Positions 1-12,283 of a stretch of 64,000 nucleotides of DNA are shown here, piece by piece. The notes beneath the pieces are model-generated. The model saw only the letters and a program-made list of their open reading frames with translations, was not told the DNA's origin and made no database searches. The stretch spans positions 16,802,001-16,866,000 of the forward strand of contig OX597832.1 of NCBI GenBank assembly GCA_951406725.2, written 5' to 3'. How positions within the stretch are numbered: the first letter of the stretch is position 1; every line of letters starts with the position of its first letter. The DNA comes from Octopus vulgaris. Its lineage: Eukaryota. Made by a program: the position numbers and the translations under genes.

Positions 1-156
1 GGAAAATTAAAATTGTCACTAAACATGTGTAGGATGTTAGAACACCTACTTTGCCAGAAATAGGAGTTAAAAAACACCAATGCTGTAGATAAAGGACATA
101 ATTGTATACATATGTACTTACAGGGAGTATAATCGCACTAAGCACCGATCGAGTAT

Positions 157-209
157 TCCCAATACTGAACGATCAGTTTCGGCTAATTCCGCTGCCACAT
201 CAGTAGGGA
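157..209 (-). ncRNA. Type I hammerhead ribozyme motif (A9U core variant, full stem III hairpin)
   Basis: Minus strand reads tcccta-CUGAUGU-ggc(agcggaatta)gcc-GAAA-ctga(tcgt)tcag-UA-ttggga. Stems I, II and III pair and the cleavage triplet is GUA. Confidence 0.7.
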
Positions 210-606
210 CCGCTCTACTCGGCTTTTTCCGGAGTTGCTATTCTGTCAGTACAGCTGTATTCAGCATGAAAATCTGTATGATTTAGCGAATCACTAATGT
301 GTATACAAAACATTAATATAGACAACAGTGTGCAATATATACATTTCAGTATTACTGCTTCATCTATCTGTAAACGGATCCAATTACTACCAGGTAGTCT
401 ACGTATGTACGTTAATGTAAGGTAGAGTACGTACACGCTGTTATACTTCTGTATCAGCATTGAACAGCAAGATACACTAATTCGATTTGTGTATGTGTAT
501 GTATATACTTGTGTGCATCTATAGTATTTTGAGTTTACGAGTATTTCAACATATATATGTATATATACCTATATATATCTTTAGTTCTCTCTCTCTCTCT
601 CTCTCC

Positions 607-741
<135 letters not shown>

Positions 742-747
742 TTACAT

Positions 748-1493
748 TAAAGGGTTAATTGCAACAAGTTGCTCAAAACCACGTACCGAAAATATTAGAA
801 ATAGCAGCCAAATAGATCACTATATCTACTACTAGTAAAACAGTCTCCACAAACCAACAGAATTTGTAACCCGTATATGGTAAAGAGAAAGAAGACAACG
901 AAATCGCAGCCCATTGGATTAATTATAGACGAATCCGTTTCTGGATTAGAACCGAAAGTCTATTTCCTTGTCAATATAATATTTCCTCTAAATCTAGAAA
1001 TGCTAGGAAAAAAAACTCACCCATTACACCAACTCGATCAGGCGACATCGAACGATATAACGGTCCGCTAGCATCTCTACATTTATATAGACAGGCGAAT
1101 TCGTATCTCCCTCCAAAATTACCACGTGAGTTACAAAAACATTACCAACGAAACGAAGTTTCGCAGATTCATTTTATGGGAGTAAAGAGTATCCAATACA
1201 CATAAAGGGTGAAATATAATTAATTTAATAACATTAATAAATTTCACCTAGTAGTTTTTTTCGGTATGGAAATGACCATATTTGGTAAGAATTATATTAA
1301 TTATAATAAAGGGTTAATTGCAACAAGTTGCTCAAAACCACATAGCGAAAATATTAGAAATAGCAGCCAAATAGATCACTATTTCTACTACTAGTAAAAA
1401 TGTCTGCACAAACAAACAGAATTTGTAACCCGTATGTGGTAAAGAAAATGAAGACTACGAAATCCCAGCCTATTGGATTAATTATAGACGAAT
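748..1493. repeat. ~560-bp unit with ~187-bp direct terminal repeats (748-934, 1307-1493), pLTR/retrozyme-like arrangement
   Basis: taaagggttaattgcaacaagttgctcaaaacc...ggattaattatagacgaat occurs twice with scattered substitutions. Flanked by TA-rich microsatellites. Confidence 0.8.
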
Positions 1494-2179
1494 ATAGATA
1501 TATACACATACATATATCGTATATATACATACTCCTATATTTGCCCATATATATATATATATATATATATATACAAATCGATAAATATTCGAAAGTAATT
1601 ATATAGATAATGTTATGAATTAGTAACATTGATAATAACAACAATAATATAGGTTGCTATCAAGCAAAAGCTAATAAATGGCAAATCCAAAATTTTATAA
1701 TTAATGTATAATAGGATACATGCGGTGTCAGTACCATCTCGGCAAAAAATCCGTAGAATTAGGAAATGCATGGACCAGGATTAATTGATTTAAAACTTTG
1801 AGTTTGCCTCCCATAGTTCTCATCAGCAGATCTCACTATACGCCTAGAGTTAAAATCTTTACTCCAGTCCTTGTGCTTGGTAGCCGTTAGAAATCTAGCG
1901 CCAAATTAATAACGGTGTCAGTGTATAAAATTACTAAATGAATAAATATTCGAAAATGTTTATATTGATAAAAGTGTTAACTATTATCACTAGTAAAATG
2001 ATAATATTTTTTATCATTATACTAATTTATCATTAGTATAATGATAATAATGATAGTATCATTAGTAAAATAACAGTAATAATATGGATGAGCAACAAGC
2101 AAAGGCCGATAAATGGCAAATCGAATATTTTATAATTCATTCATAATTATAATAGGGCACACGTGGTGTCATCACTTTA

Positions 2180-2213
<34 letters not shown>

Positions 2214-2226
2214 GATATTACTACTG

Positions 2227-2539
<313 letters not shown>

Positions 2540-2657
2540 AAGTAAATATTTTTATCATTATTATAAATAGTTGATAATAACAACCGTAATAATAGTGTTG
2601 GATGCAGGCTTTAAATAGCGTTAGATAGCAATAGAATTAAACTTTAGCATTTATACT

Positions 2658-3452
2658 TTAACATTTAACGGCACACAAGTTGCCTACCTGATAGAAAGAG
2701 GCGCTAAAACCCTTAGTTAAACCACCAATAACACTGAAAGCTTCAACAGAAAAACAACTGTAAGCGGGTGAACGGGTTAAATTATTTTTAAAATTTTAAT
2801 ACCAAATACAGATCGATGCCAAATATTTTGGCACTTAGATATACTTGGATGAAGCGTTCTAGTACTGCCGAAAAACTTCAACTTTCATCACCAAATTTTG
2901 CCAACTGTATTTTTTTTTATTCGTCACGTTGAAGTCTGTCGGCGTTCTGAATCGTTTGCACCAAAATCAGAACAGCTTCAGAGTGAATATTTATATTGAT
3001 ATTATTATTGATATTATCAATGGGGTACTTATAAATAGTTGATAATAACAACAACAGTAATTTAGGTGGTTCCAGGTATTATTGTTGTTGTCAATATAAA
3101 ATAATAATACATATATAAATATTTATTCCTGAATATTTACTCATTTGTATATTTACACTAGAACCGTTCTGATTTTGGTGCAAGTAAATTCAGAGCACCA
3201 GCAGACTTCAACGTGACGAGTTAGAAAAAAGTTTGCTGATGAAAGTTGAGGCTTTACGTTAGAAACAGAAATCATGATGCAAATGCAATATATTTAGCAT
3301 TGATCTGTATTTTGTATGTTGAAAGCATTTCACCCGTTTGCCCACTTACAGTTGTTTTTCTGTTGGATTTCTCAGTGTTATTGCTGGTTTAATTGAAGGA
3401 TTTAGGTACTCTTTCTAGCTGATAGGCACCGTGTGTACCGTTATAAGTGTAA
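2658..3452. repeat. Diverged foldback palindrome (arms ~2658-2991 and ~3147-3452; spacer also partly palindromic)
   Basis: caacagaaaaacaactgtaagcgggtgaacgggt vs acccgtttgcccacttacagttgtttttctgttg; gcaccaaaatcagaac vs gttctgattttggtgc. Confidence 0.8.
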
Positions 3453-4443
3453 CGTGCACATATATATAACTGAGCTATTATTTTGTACTTTATTTTAGTT
3501 CTAGGTAAATTTTTTATCATATATTTAATTTGTTTTCTATATGGTATATTTTAATTATATCATTCTTGAATTGCTACATGGTGGTTCTTCTCTAATTTAT
3601 ATATATATATATGCACGCGCATGTGTGTATCTATGTGCGTTTGTATATACACATAACTTACTACCGTCATTTTATCTTGGCCCTCTTCTTTTTTTTCCGT
3701 TCTCGACATTTTCTATTCCCAGTCTTTTCTCCTTATGTTTTTTTAGTATTCACATCAACTTTCCTAAGTATTAAACACCCCATTTCGTTATTTGCTGGCA
3801 TCTATTCACTGACGCCAGATAGAATTTAATCAGAACAGAATCCACTGAAGTCGCACCATAAATTTGAGTTTAGAGCCGAGGAAATGAAACCAAACACCTA
3901 TCTCTCTGCCTAAGGACCTGCTTGTGATTATTTACCATTTCCATTTTCCATTTCCCCTTTTTTATTCTTAAAATGTACATCTTTCTCCTATCCCAGCATA
4001 TTTTTTCTAATATCCATTTCAATAGAGAATTTTCAACTTAATTACCGCATACTCCTGATGAAAAAGGACATCGGATAACTATGCAGGATTTCTATTATTA
4101 TGTAATGGGCACACTGTACTTCTTGTGAAACAGTTGTGATACTCGACTACTTCTTCCACTCTTTAATATGAAGACTATGATCGCGAATGAAGCAACATTT
4201 TTGCTTTCGAACTAAAACTCTATAGCATATATGACTTTATTCAAATTTTCTGTCTAATCCAGATATGTAACAGAATGTACTTCCTGCAGTCATTAATAAA
4301 ATACTTTGATCACATATTGAAATCCTTGAGTAGCCTATACAAACAGCCACACATAAGCACTAATCTCATGAAATATTCGAGACTGCGAGCAGCAAGTCAC
4401 GACATCAAACTTTGATACACTCACAGAATGAGGTAGTTTGGCA

Positions 4444-4503
4444 AAACCCTATCACGCAATTTCGAAATTTGATCAATGCGAACATGTTTCTCATCAGTGG
4501 TTT
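4444..4503 (-). ncRNA. Type I hammerhead ribozyme motif
   Basis: aaacca-CUGAUGA-gaaa...tttc-GAAA-ttgcgtga-UA-gggttt. Confidence 0.7.
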
Positions 4504-4875
4504 CCACACTTACCCCGAGTTAAAAGAGAGAGACTACTTCACATTCTCCCATGAGAAAGAACCGTTGAAAAGCGAGCGCTAAAGTTCAAAACGGTTAAAG
4601 TGTATAGTAACATGAAATACGATATTATGATAATACAATAAAATAACAAGATATATTAAATACGTTATAATATAGGCGACAATAGCAATTAAAACCTAAA
4701 AAGAAAATCTATAAATGACGGTGCAATATAGCACTTGAAATTGCTAGAAATGAGAGAAAAAAAATTAACTCGAACAGCCACACAAAAGCACGACCCTCAT
4801 GAAATATTTGGGACTACGAGCAGCAAGCCACATATTTCTTCAGGAGATACACTCACAGAATAAAATAGCGTGATA

Positions 4876-4935
4876 AAACCTTATGGCGTGATTTCGAAAT
4901 TTGATCAATATGATCTTGTTTCTCGTCAGAGGTTT
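4876..4935 (-). ncRNA. Type I hammerhead ribozyme motif
   Basis: aaacct-CUGACGA-gaaa(caa gatca tat tgatc aaa)tttc-GAAA-tcacgcca-UA-aggttt. Perfect 6-bp stem I and intact core. Confidence 0.75.
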
Positions 4936-4996
4936 ACATAATTATTCCGGGTTAAAAGCGATAGGCTGCTTTCCATTCCTTCATGACAAAATTGTG

Positions 4997-5055
4997 TAAC
5001 CTATGACGAGGAACACGGTCATATTGTCCAAATTCGAAATCAGGTAATAATGTTT
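4997..5055 (+). ncRNA. Degenerate hammerhead motif (inverted third copy)
   Basis: taacct-AUGACGA-ggaa...attc-GAAA-tcaggtaa-UA-atgttt, with a C3A substitution. Confidence 0.55.
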
Positions 5056-5396
5056 TTATCGAACTACTTCATTCTGTGAGTGTATCTCGCAAAAGAAATA
5101 TACTGTGTCTTCTTTCTCGCAGTCCCGGATATTTCATGAGGTTAGTGCTGTTGTGTGGATGTTCGGATTAAATTTTGGTTCTCATTTCTGGCAATTGTAA
5201 GTGAAATTTTGTACCCTCGTTTATTAATTTTTACCTTTTTAGTTTTTAATTTCTATAATATAGTTAATATTTCTTATTACACCAATGTATTATTATATCT
5301 TCTTGTATGTTATATATATATATATATTATATTATATTATATTAATATATATATAATATTATATTATATTATATTATATTATATTATATTATATCT

Positions 5397-5505
5397 TACT
5401 TGTTTCAGTCATTTGACTACAGCCATGCTAGGGTACCGCCTTGGAGTGTTTTAGTCGATAACATGCCACCCCCTACTGGTTGTCAAGCGCTGGTGTAAGG
5501 ACAAA
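5397..5505 (-). mobile_element. SINE family A, 3' fragment
   Basis: tacttgtttcagtcatttgactacagccatgct matches the tail of the full copy at 41034-41421. Confidence 0.75.
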
Positions 5506-6477
5506 CGGGTCGGTTTTTCTAGCCGTTGCTAGTGAGTGTTTTACAGTTTCTGGATGCAAATCTTAATCCATCCATTTTCAGTCGTCTTTTGCGACGCGTA
5601 GATGAAAGGGCGAGTCTACTGTTTGACATGCCCCTCCTCTAACAGTGCTAGAGCAACGTAAATTCAGACCATTCCAAAATTATTTATTTAAATTTATTTA
5701 CACTTCAAAGGGTAGAAGGAGAACGGAATTTTACTTCGTATGATGTCGGTAGATTTGAAACGATATATGTGAAACCAATGCAGGGGAAAGTATGGCAAAG
5801 TAAACCGAAGAATATAACTTAGTAGGGAAAGGTCTGAACTGTGTACCTCGTAGTGTCTACCTGTAAATATGTACGGCAAGGTAGAACATGTTTGCAGTTA
5901 ATTCCTTGGCACATACCGCAAACAACCGTTGTGAGGCTGAAATTCATTTGGAAAAGAATTAGCTAAAATACATACACACACACACACATACACACACACA
6001 CACATATATATATATACAGAGAGACAGAGAGACAGAGAGGTAGATAGACACACATACATACGTATATATATATATAGAGAGAGAGATAGATACATAGATA
6101 GATAGATATATAGATAGACACAATTATATATATATATGTGTGTATGTTTGCCTGCAAATGTGTCTCTGTGGGCGCGTGCATTATTGTATGCATGCGCTAT
6201 TCCTCTTTTGTCATGTGTCTGTGTCCTGGCATGTGTATGACAAGGATGTGAGACTGGCTTATCGCATGGGCAGTAAATCACATAACTTAAGTGATCAGCA
6301 TTTGGGATCACTGAAACACATACCACTAGCTGTGAACTTTTCCATCACGGCTGCGTTGAATTTGGATTCATTTGATCACATTAACCTAGATTCATTAGCC
6401 CTGAAAATAAAAGATACTATATCTATTTCTGTATTTGCCCGCATGTTTGATGAGACAAACAAGGTGAGACAAAGTAA

Positions 6478-6652
6478 TTAAGTCGACTACTTCAACCCGG
6501 GTGCGTAACTGGTACTTATTTAATCGAGCCCGAAAGGCTGAAAGGCAAAATCGATCTCGGCGAAATTTGGACTCAGTATGAAATACCGGCAGATGAAATA
6601 CCTCTAAACATTTCGCCCGGTGTGATAATGATTCTGCCAGCTCGCCGCTCTT
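6478..6652 (-). mobile_element. tRNA-derived SINE family C
   Basis: Minus strand aagagcggcgagctggcagaatc...ctgagtccaaatttcgccgagatcgattttgcctttc...aataagtaccagttacgcac. Related copies at 42135 and 61555. Confidence 0.8.
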
Positions 6653-6955
6653 AAAAGATGATATATTATAGCTGGAATGTTTGTGATTATCCCTCTTCAT
6701 CCTCTTCTTTTTAAATGTTGGTAAAAATCATCTTAATTTTCTCTATCAGATGTGTCAACTGGTCTATCACTTCATGTCTTGCCACATCCCGTAATGTATG
6801 GAGTGGTTGCTTTCATATAGAATTTGCACGGGTGTCTCCTTTTCTTTTTGTATTTTTCATTCGAATTCAGTCCTATTTTTAATAAATGATGAATTTTGTA
6901 CATTATTTACATTACTTACATTTGACTTATATTTGTCCTCATCTTTTTTGTTGGT

Positions 6956-7000
6956 AAATCAACGTTTTGGCTTATGTTGCCTCCAGCCTTCATCAGGTGT
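6956..7000 (-). ncRNA. Degenerate minimal hammerhead motif in an inverted copy (6902-7000) of the element tail
   Basis: acac-CUGAUGA-a-ggct(ggaggcaacata)agcc-AAAA-cg-UU-gattt. Confidence 0.6.
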
Positions 7001-7068
7001 GATATGGCGAAGTGGTTTAAAACGCGGGCTACTAACCCCAAGATTCCTAGTTCAATTCCAGGCAGTTA

Positions 7069-7164
<96 letters not shown>

Positions 7165-7322
7165 TAACAACAACATCGAAAAATACCTTAGGATTGAATA
7201 TTCAGGTTCGAAATTTCTCCAAGACACCTGATAAAGGATGGAGGGTATATCAGCCGAAACGTTGTGTTAACGACAAACAAGATGAGGACAAATATCCGTC
7301 AAATGTAAATAATGTAAATAGT
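7001..7322 (+). mobile_element. Composite non-autonomous element: tRNA-like Pol III head + (AAT)n + HHR-containing tail
   Basis: A-box-like TGGCGAAGTGG (7005-7015), anticodon-arm-like ggg-ctactaa-ccc, T-arm/B-box cctag-ttcaatt-ccagg, (AAT)n 7073-7174, HHR 7223-7267, tail (aatgtaaat)2. Confidence 0.75.
7223..7267 (+). ncRNA. Minimal type I hammerhead motif with palindromic stem III (AACGUU)
   Basis: gacac-CUGAUAA-a-ggatg(gagggtatat)cagcc-GAAA-cg-UU-gtgtt. The three-copy consensus restores CUGAUGA, ggctg/cagcc and GAAA. Confidence 0.7.
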
Positions 7323-7484
7323 ATTTATTCGAATTCAATATGAGCAGATGAATAGTCAGAATTCAAAGAGAAACGGTCTAAAGGTTATAGTCTTGAGATA
7401 TTCATGGGCGCGTTTTGATTTCTGAGTTCAAGTCTCACCGAAGTTCATTAAGGTTTACATTCTTCTACATTCTATAATAAAAAT

Positions 7485-7839
7485 GGAAGCACTCCGTCGG
7501 TTACGACGACGAGGGTTCCGGTTGAAATTAACGTGTAAGTGGCTGAGCACTCCACAGACACGTGTACCCTTAACGAAGTTCTCGGGGATATTCAGCGTGA
7601 CACAGAGAGTGACAAGGCCGGCCCTTTGAAATACAGGTACAACAGAAACAGGAAGTAAGAGTGAGAGAATGTTGTGGTGAAAGAGTACGGCAGGGATCAC
7701 CACCATCGCCTGCCGGAGCCTCGTGGAGCTTTAGGTGTTTTCGCTCAATAAACACTCAAAACGCCCGGTCTTGGAATCGAAACCGCGATCCTATGACCGC
7801 GAGTCCACTGCCCTAACCACTGTGCAATTACGCCTCCAC
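7485..7839 (-). mobile_element. tRNA-derived SINE family B, full length
   Basis: Head gtggaggcgtaattgcacagtggttagggcag...ggtttcgattcc. Possible TSD ataataaaaat/ataatataaat. Confidence 0.85.
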
Positions 7840-9268
7840 ATAATATAAATACAAATATTGCTTGAAAGCGGACACATCATTATCTTCGAATTCCTTCCCC
7901 AATATGCGTGAGGTTTATTAAAGTTGGAATGGAATTCAATAGCATTCAATATCCATAAATAAAAAGTAGTGGTAAAGCTGAGCTCTTTCTCTCATTTCAA
8001 CTGCTAATACTATCGGTATCTTTTATCAAATTTCTAGCCACAGTAAATTATTACTTGGTCTATACTTCATCGATTTACATCTAGCACTAATATATTGCCT
8101 ATAATAACTAGCGTAAAGGTTCGATTAAGTTATTATTTTCTGCTATTCCTAGATTAGGAGATAAAACAAGTTATAGCGTTCTTCTTGTATGTTTAATGTC
8201 TGAGTTCAGACAGTGAAATTCAACCATAATATTTCGGGAACGATAAAAAAATTAGAAAAGCATTTGTGCGAGGACGGTTCCAATATTTCGATAAACCATT
8301 AAGGAAAAGCCAGTAGAGGTGTGGTACTAAAACTCAACAAAAATAGCTTATTTAAATGTTTGATTTCTGCTTATTTCATTGCTACCTGTTTTGTTATTTC
8401 TAAATTTACGGCAAAACTTATTCTAACTTTCCATTTCAAATCAAATCCCTTGAGAAACAATTTCAAGAAATAAATAATCCCTAACGCAATTCTTAATTCA
8501 TAGCTCCAATAAAATTTATAAAACAATCATGAATTTTCAAAATTTTCACTTATAAAGTCGTGTTACATCATTTAACATGTTTGTTTAGTTTTCATTTACA
8601 ATCGGGGAAAGCAATAATTAATTAAATTTCTGAATCTAATTAATTTTCACAATAAAATTAATTTGATCAATATTAAATATTTAATTACTTGTTGGTTTCT
8701 GTTCGACATGGTTTGAAGTTTCTATATTTCTGATAGAAATGAGTTTAATTTTCACGCCTTTCCTGGGAGCATTCTCGGCGTGACTGAAGTAAATTTACGT
8801 CAATCAATATTTTAGTGAAGGCTATTTCAAATCCGCAAGAGGTGTCATCTGTCATTAAGGTGTTGGTCATTAAATTTGTGATCGATTTCCTTGGCAAGGG
8901 AATAGTGAGAAACCGAAGAGAAATGAACTTTTTAATTTCTTTTATTTTTTCACTCGGAGAGATTATATAAGAAGGTACTAGGAAAACATACTTGCACATA
9001 GGTTGTGCCAGGAAACCGTATCCTAAATTTTTCTTTAAAAATCTTCAAGTTCGCTATCAGGAAATTTATAAAACCTCTACTCAATATACTTGCAAGTCAT
9101 AGGAAATAAACTTGAATTTAATGAAGGATGCCAATACCTGAAATAGGTACACATTATGATGGTGTTTACAGACACGTACACAGTATCTATGCATAGATAT
9201 GTGTGTATGTGTAAGTAAATATATATAAGCACTCATATATACATATACATATACATGCATCTGTACTC

Positions 9269-9315
<47 letters not shown>

Positions 9316-9389
9316 TATGTATTTCTCTGTGTGTGTCTTTTTGTGCGTCAGTGTGCGTGTGTGTATTTATGTTCTTTATTTATTTATAA

Positions 9390-9441
<52 letters not shown>

Positions 9442-9801
9442 TTATAAGGACGAATATAACGTCGTATAAAATATTTTATTTTACGAACTCATATATTTCC
9501 GTTTTCTTTCTATTTTTTGTACTTATCCTCTCCAAATACAAAAAATAAAAAATAAAAAATGAAGGAGGAAAATTTATCAGATCGGAAGAAAAATAATTTA
9601 TTGAATGCTATTTTATATATTATTAAAATTTTATATATAAAATACACTCTAAGCAGAAAAGGAAAAATGTATATAATAGAAGATATAAAAAGACAAAAAG
9701 ATTAAGAGTAAAATCCAAAGATTTTTTGTAGCTCTTATAAACTCTGAAAAATAATCATCAATTTATGAGTTCCTTGAAATTTCTTTTCATATTTATAACT
9801 A

Positions 9802-9886
<85 letters not shown>
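9802..9886. repeat. (TATC)n microsatellite
   Basis: Direct reading. Confidence 0.95.
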
Positions 9887-9887
<1 letters not shown>

Positions 9888-10089
9888 GTTATCTAGTTAT
9901 CTATCTATGAATCTATTTATCAATATGACTATCTAACTGTCTATCTGTCTTTGTGTCTATCTCTATGTATATATATATATATATATTTATACACTCCTGT
10001 TTATATAAACACCTAATAAAAAACAGCACCTATATATACATACACCTATATATATGCACACACAAATACACGTACACAGGCAAAGAGAG

Positions 10090-10143
<54 letters not shown>

Positions 10144-10684
10144 CGTGTGGGTGTGTGTCTCACATATATGCAAACGCACGTGCATATATGCATTAATACA
10201 TAAACATGAATACATGCATTTGAACACGAGCACACACACGTATAAACACAATTTTACAGACGAAACTGAACTTATCCAAAAAGATAAGAAAACTATTTTA
10301 TTTCAGCTACTTGTAGAAATAGTTGTTGTTCATGTTTTATTTTAACGACATGATATGTCACGCCCGATCGAGTAAACCTATGCTCTAAAGCAATCCAGCC
10401 ATGACTGTACCGTTTTTTAAGTATCAAGATCTACGTCTGATAACGTCTGAAATTTTTTTTAAGATGGTATATTGTGATTTGAAGAAGATATAGATGTAAA
10501 TACGAACATATCAAATTACAGCGAATAGGTTTGTCTGTACAGTATTGCGTATTCGTATCTTATATGTTGCTTATTATATATATATCTTATTCGTATCTTA
10601 TATGTTGCTGGGGCCTCACTGGGGATAGTAGTGTGGTGCTGTTACTGCTCCTGTTGCTGTTGAGCGAACGGTCTTCGTCCCAGA

Positions 10685-10973
10685 ACTATTCATAAGACCC
10701 GCAGAAGAGGAAGCAGGTCAACCCCCGACACCGAGAGCATCGACGGGTGGATGAATGCGCATAGGAAGTCGGGGACAAGAAACAGGAAGAAAGAGTGAGA
10801 TAAAGTTGGGACGAAAGAGTATAACAGGTGTCGCCACCACCCCCTGCCGGAGCCTCGTGGAACTTTAGGTGTTTTCGCTCGATGAACACACACAACGCCC
10901 GGTCTGGGAATCGAAGCCGTGATCCTCCGACCGCAAGTCCGCTGCCTTAACCACTGGGCCATTGCGCGTCCAC
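10685..10973 (-). mobile_element. SINE family B head and body with an alternative 3' tail
   Basis: 10790-10973 matches the family B head; 10685-10780 differs from the 7485 tail. Confidence 0.8.
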
Positions 10974-11286
10974 TACTGCTGCTTGGTTCTAGTGTGGCTG
11001 TGATAGGGTCATAGTGTTTAAGAAGTAGCGGTGAAAGGATGTGTGGAGATGATGCTGTTGTTGATATAATGGTAATAGCTAAAATTTTTAATGTTGCCGT
11101 TAATGGTATCGGTAAAAAAGCAAAACAAAACAATAACAAAAAACACAGTGAGTCAAAGGGGTGTCGATGTATATGAAGTTGGTAAATTAATTAATGAAAT
11201 GCAAACTTCAGAAACAAATAACTAAGAATATATTTTTGGACATAAATTATAAACACTCATATATTTTCTTTATGCGAGTGTGTGTG

Positions 11287-11325
<39 letters not shown>

Positions 11326-11349
11326 ATTTCAGCGCGCGTCTGTTATATA

Positions 11350-11560
11350 CAGGGTATCCCAGAAGTTGCGCACCATCCTGTTTTTTTTTTTTAAGAATGC
11401 ACCCTTATTCATATCAAATAACACTTTATTGAAATTAATCGTAACAAACGCACAAATTGAGCACTCTCTACAGTAAAACAATGCAGAAAAAATGTAAAAT
11501 AAAATGCTTTAATTATTTTTAATGAAAACCAGAATGGTACGCAACTTCTGGGACACCCTG
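11350..11560. mobile_element. Tc1/mariner-type MITE
   Basis: 31-bp TIRs cagggtatcccagaagttgcgcaccatcctg / cagaatggtacgcaacttctgggacaccctg. TA on the left, TG on the right (mutated TA TSD). Confidence 0.85.
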
Positions 11561-12283
11561 TGTATTCAACCTATATATGAAGGTGAAGCTATTGAATGCA
11601 TTTCAAAACTAAAACACGTATATTTTCATTGTTATTGGTTTTCTGAATTTCGTTGATAAATTATCATATCTGATTAGTTCCTGTTTATCAGATTTCAAAG
11701 GGTCAAAAATACATACAGAAGTAGATATCTATGTACGAATATTAGGCAGATATTTGTTTGTGTGATTATATATATATGTGTGTGTGTTTGTAAGCAGTTA
11801 CGAAGAATAGGGAGAGTTATACATGTTCGGATTTATCTCAGAATTCTTCTACTGAATTATGTACCGTAATAAATTAATTAATATGACGGACACGAGTTTC
11901 TACCGGGTTGAGGATGTAGAATTCCATATACAACCCGCTATTTTCTACTATGTACCTTCAATGACTGTAATTCTTCGAATGTGGTCCTATATGTATGTGT
12001 GTGTGTGTGTGTGTTTGTATGTGTGTGTTTGCGTTTGTGTGTGTGTGGTGGGGTAAGACAAAATGCAAAGTCAAATATAAAAAAAATCACATTACAGAAG
12101 AGAACGAATACGAAGAATGCGGCACAAGTGCAATGAATAACACGAATACATGAAACGAGTATATGGTGTGCATTTACGAGTAAATATCCTTTAAATGGTT
12201 TCAGGTATAGAACTGCATCCATGTTGATATGTATATAATAACAGATATATTAGAAGGTTTGGAGATGATGTACAGTTATTATA

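Larger units (their letters stand above)
4343..5310. mobile_element. PLE-type pseudo-LTR array: two tandem ~210-bp copies plus one inverted copy, each with an HHR
   Basis: 4343-4554 is similar to 4775-4986 (direct), and 4991-5310 is the reverse complement of ~4630-4940. Confidence 0.75.

Noticed and set aside
1786-1832. Possible minus-strand HHR (CUGAUGA-gaac...ggcAAA)
   Set aside because: No GAAA and poor stems I and II; too decayed to call.
4051-4145. CUGAUGA...GAAACAGUUGU HHR-like spacing
   Set aside because: Stem I does not pair and the cleavage triplet is non-permissive.
7001-7072. Functional tRNA gene
   Set aside because: Acceptor stem does not pair, arms have mismatches, and it runs into (AAT)n. 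Treated as a tRNA-derived head.
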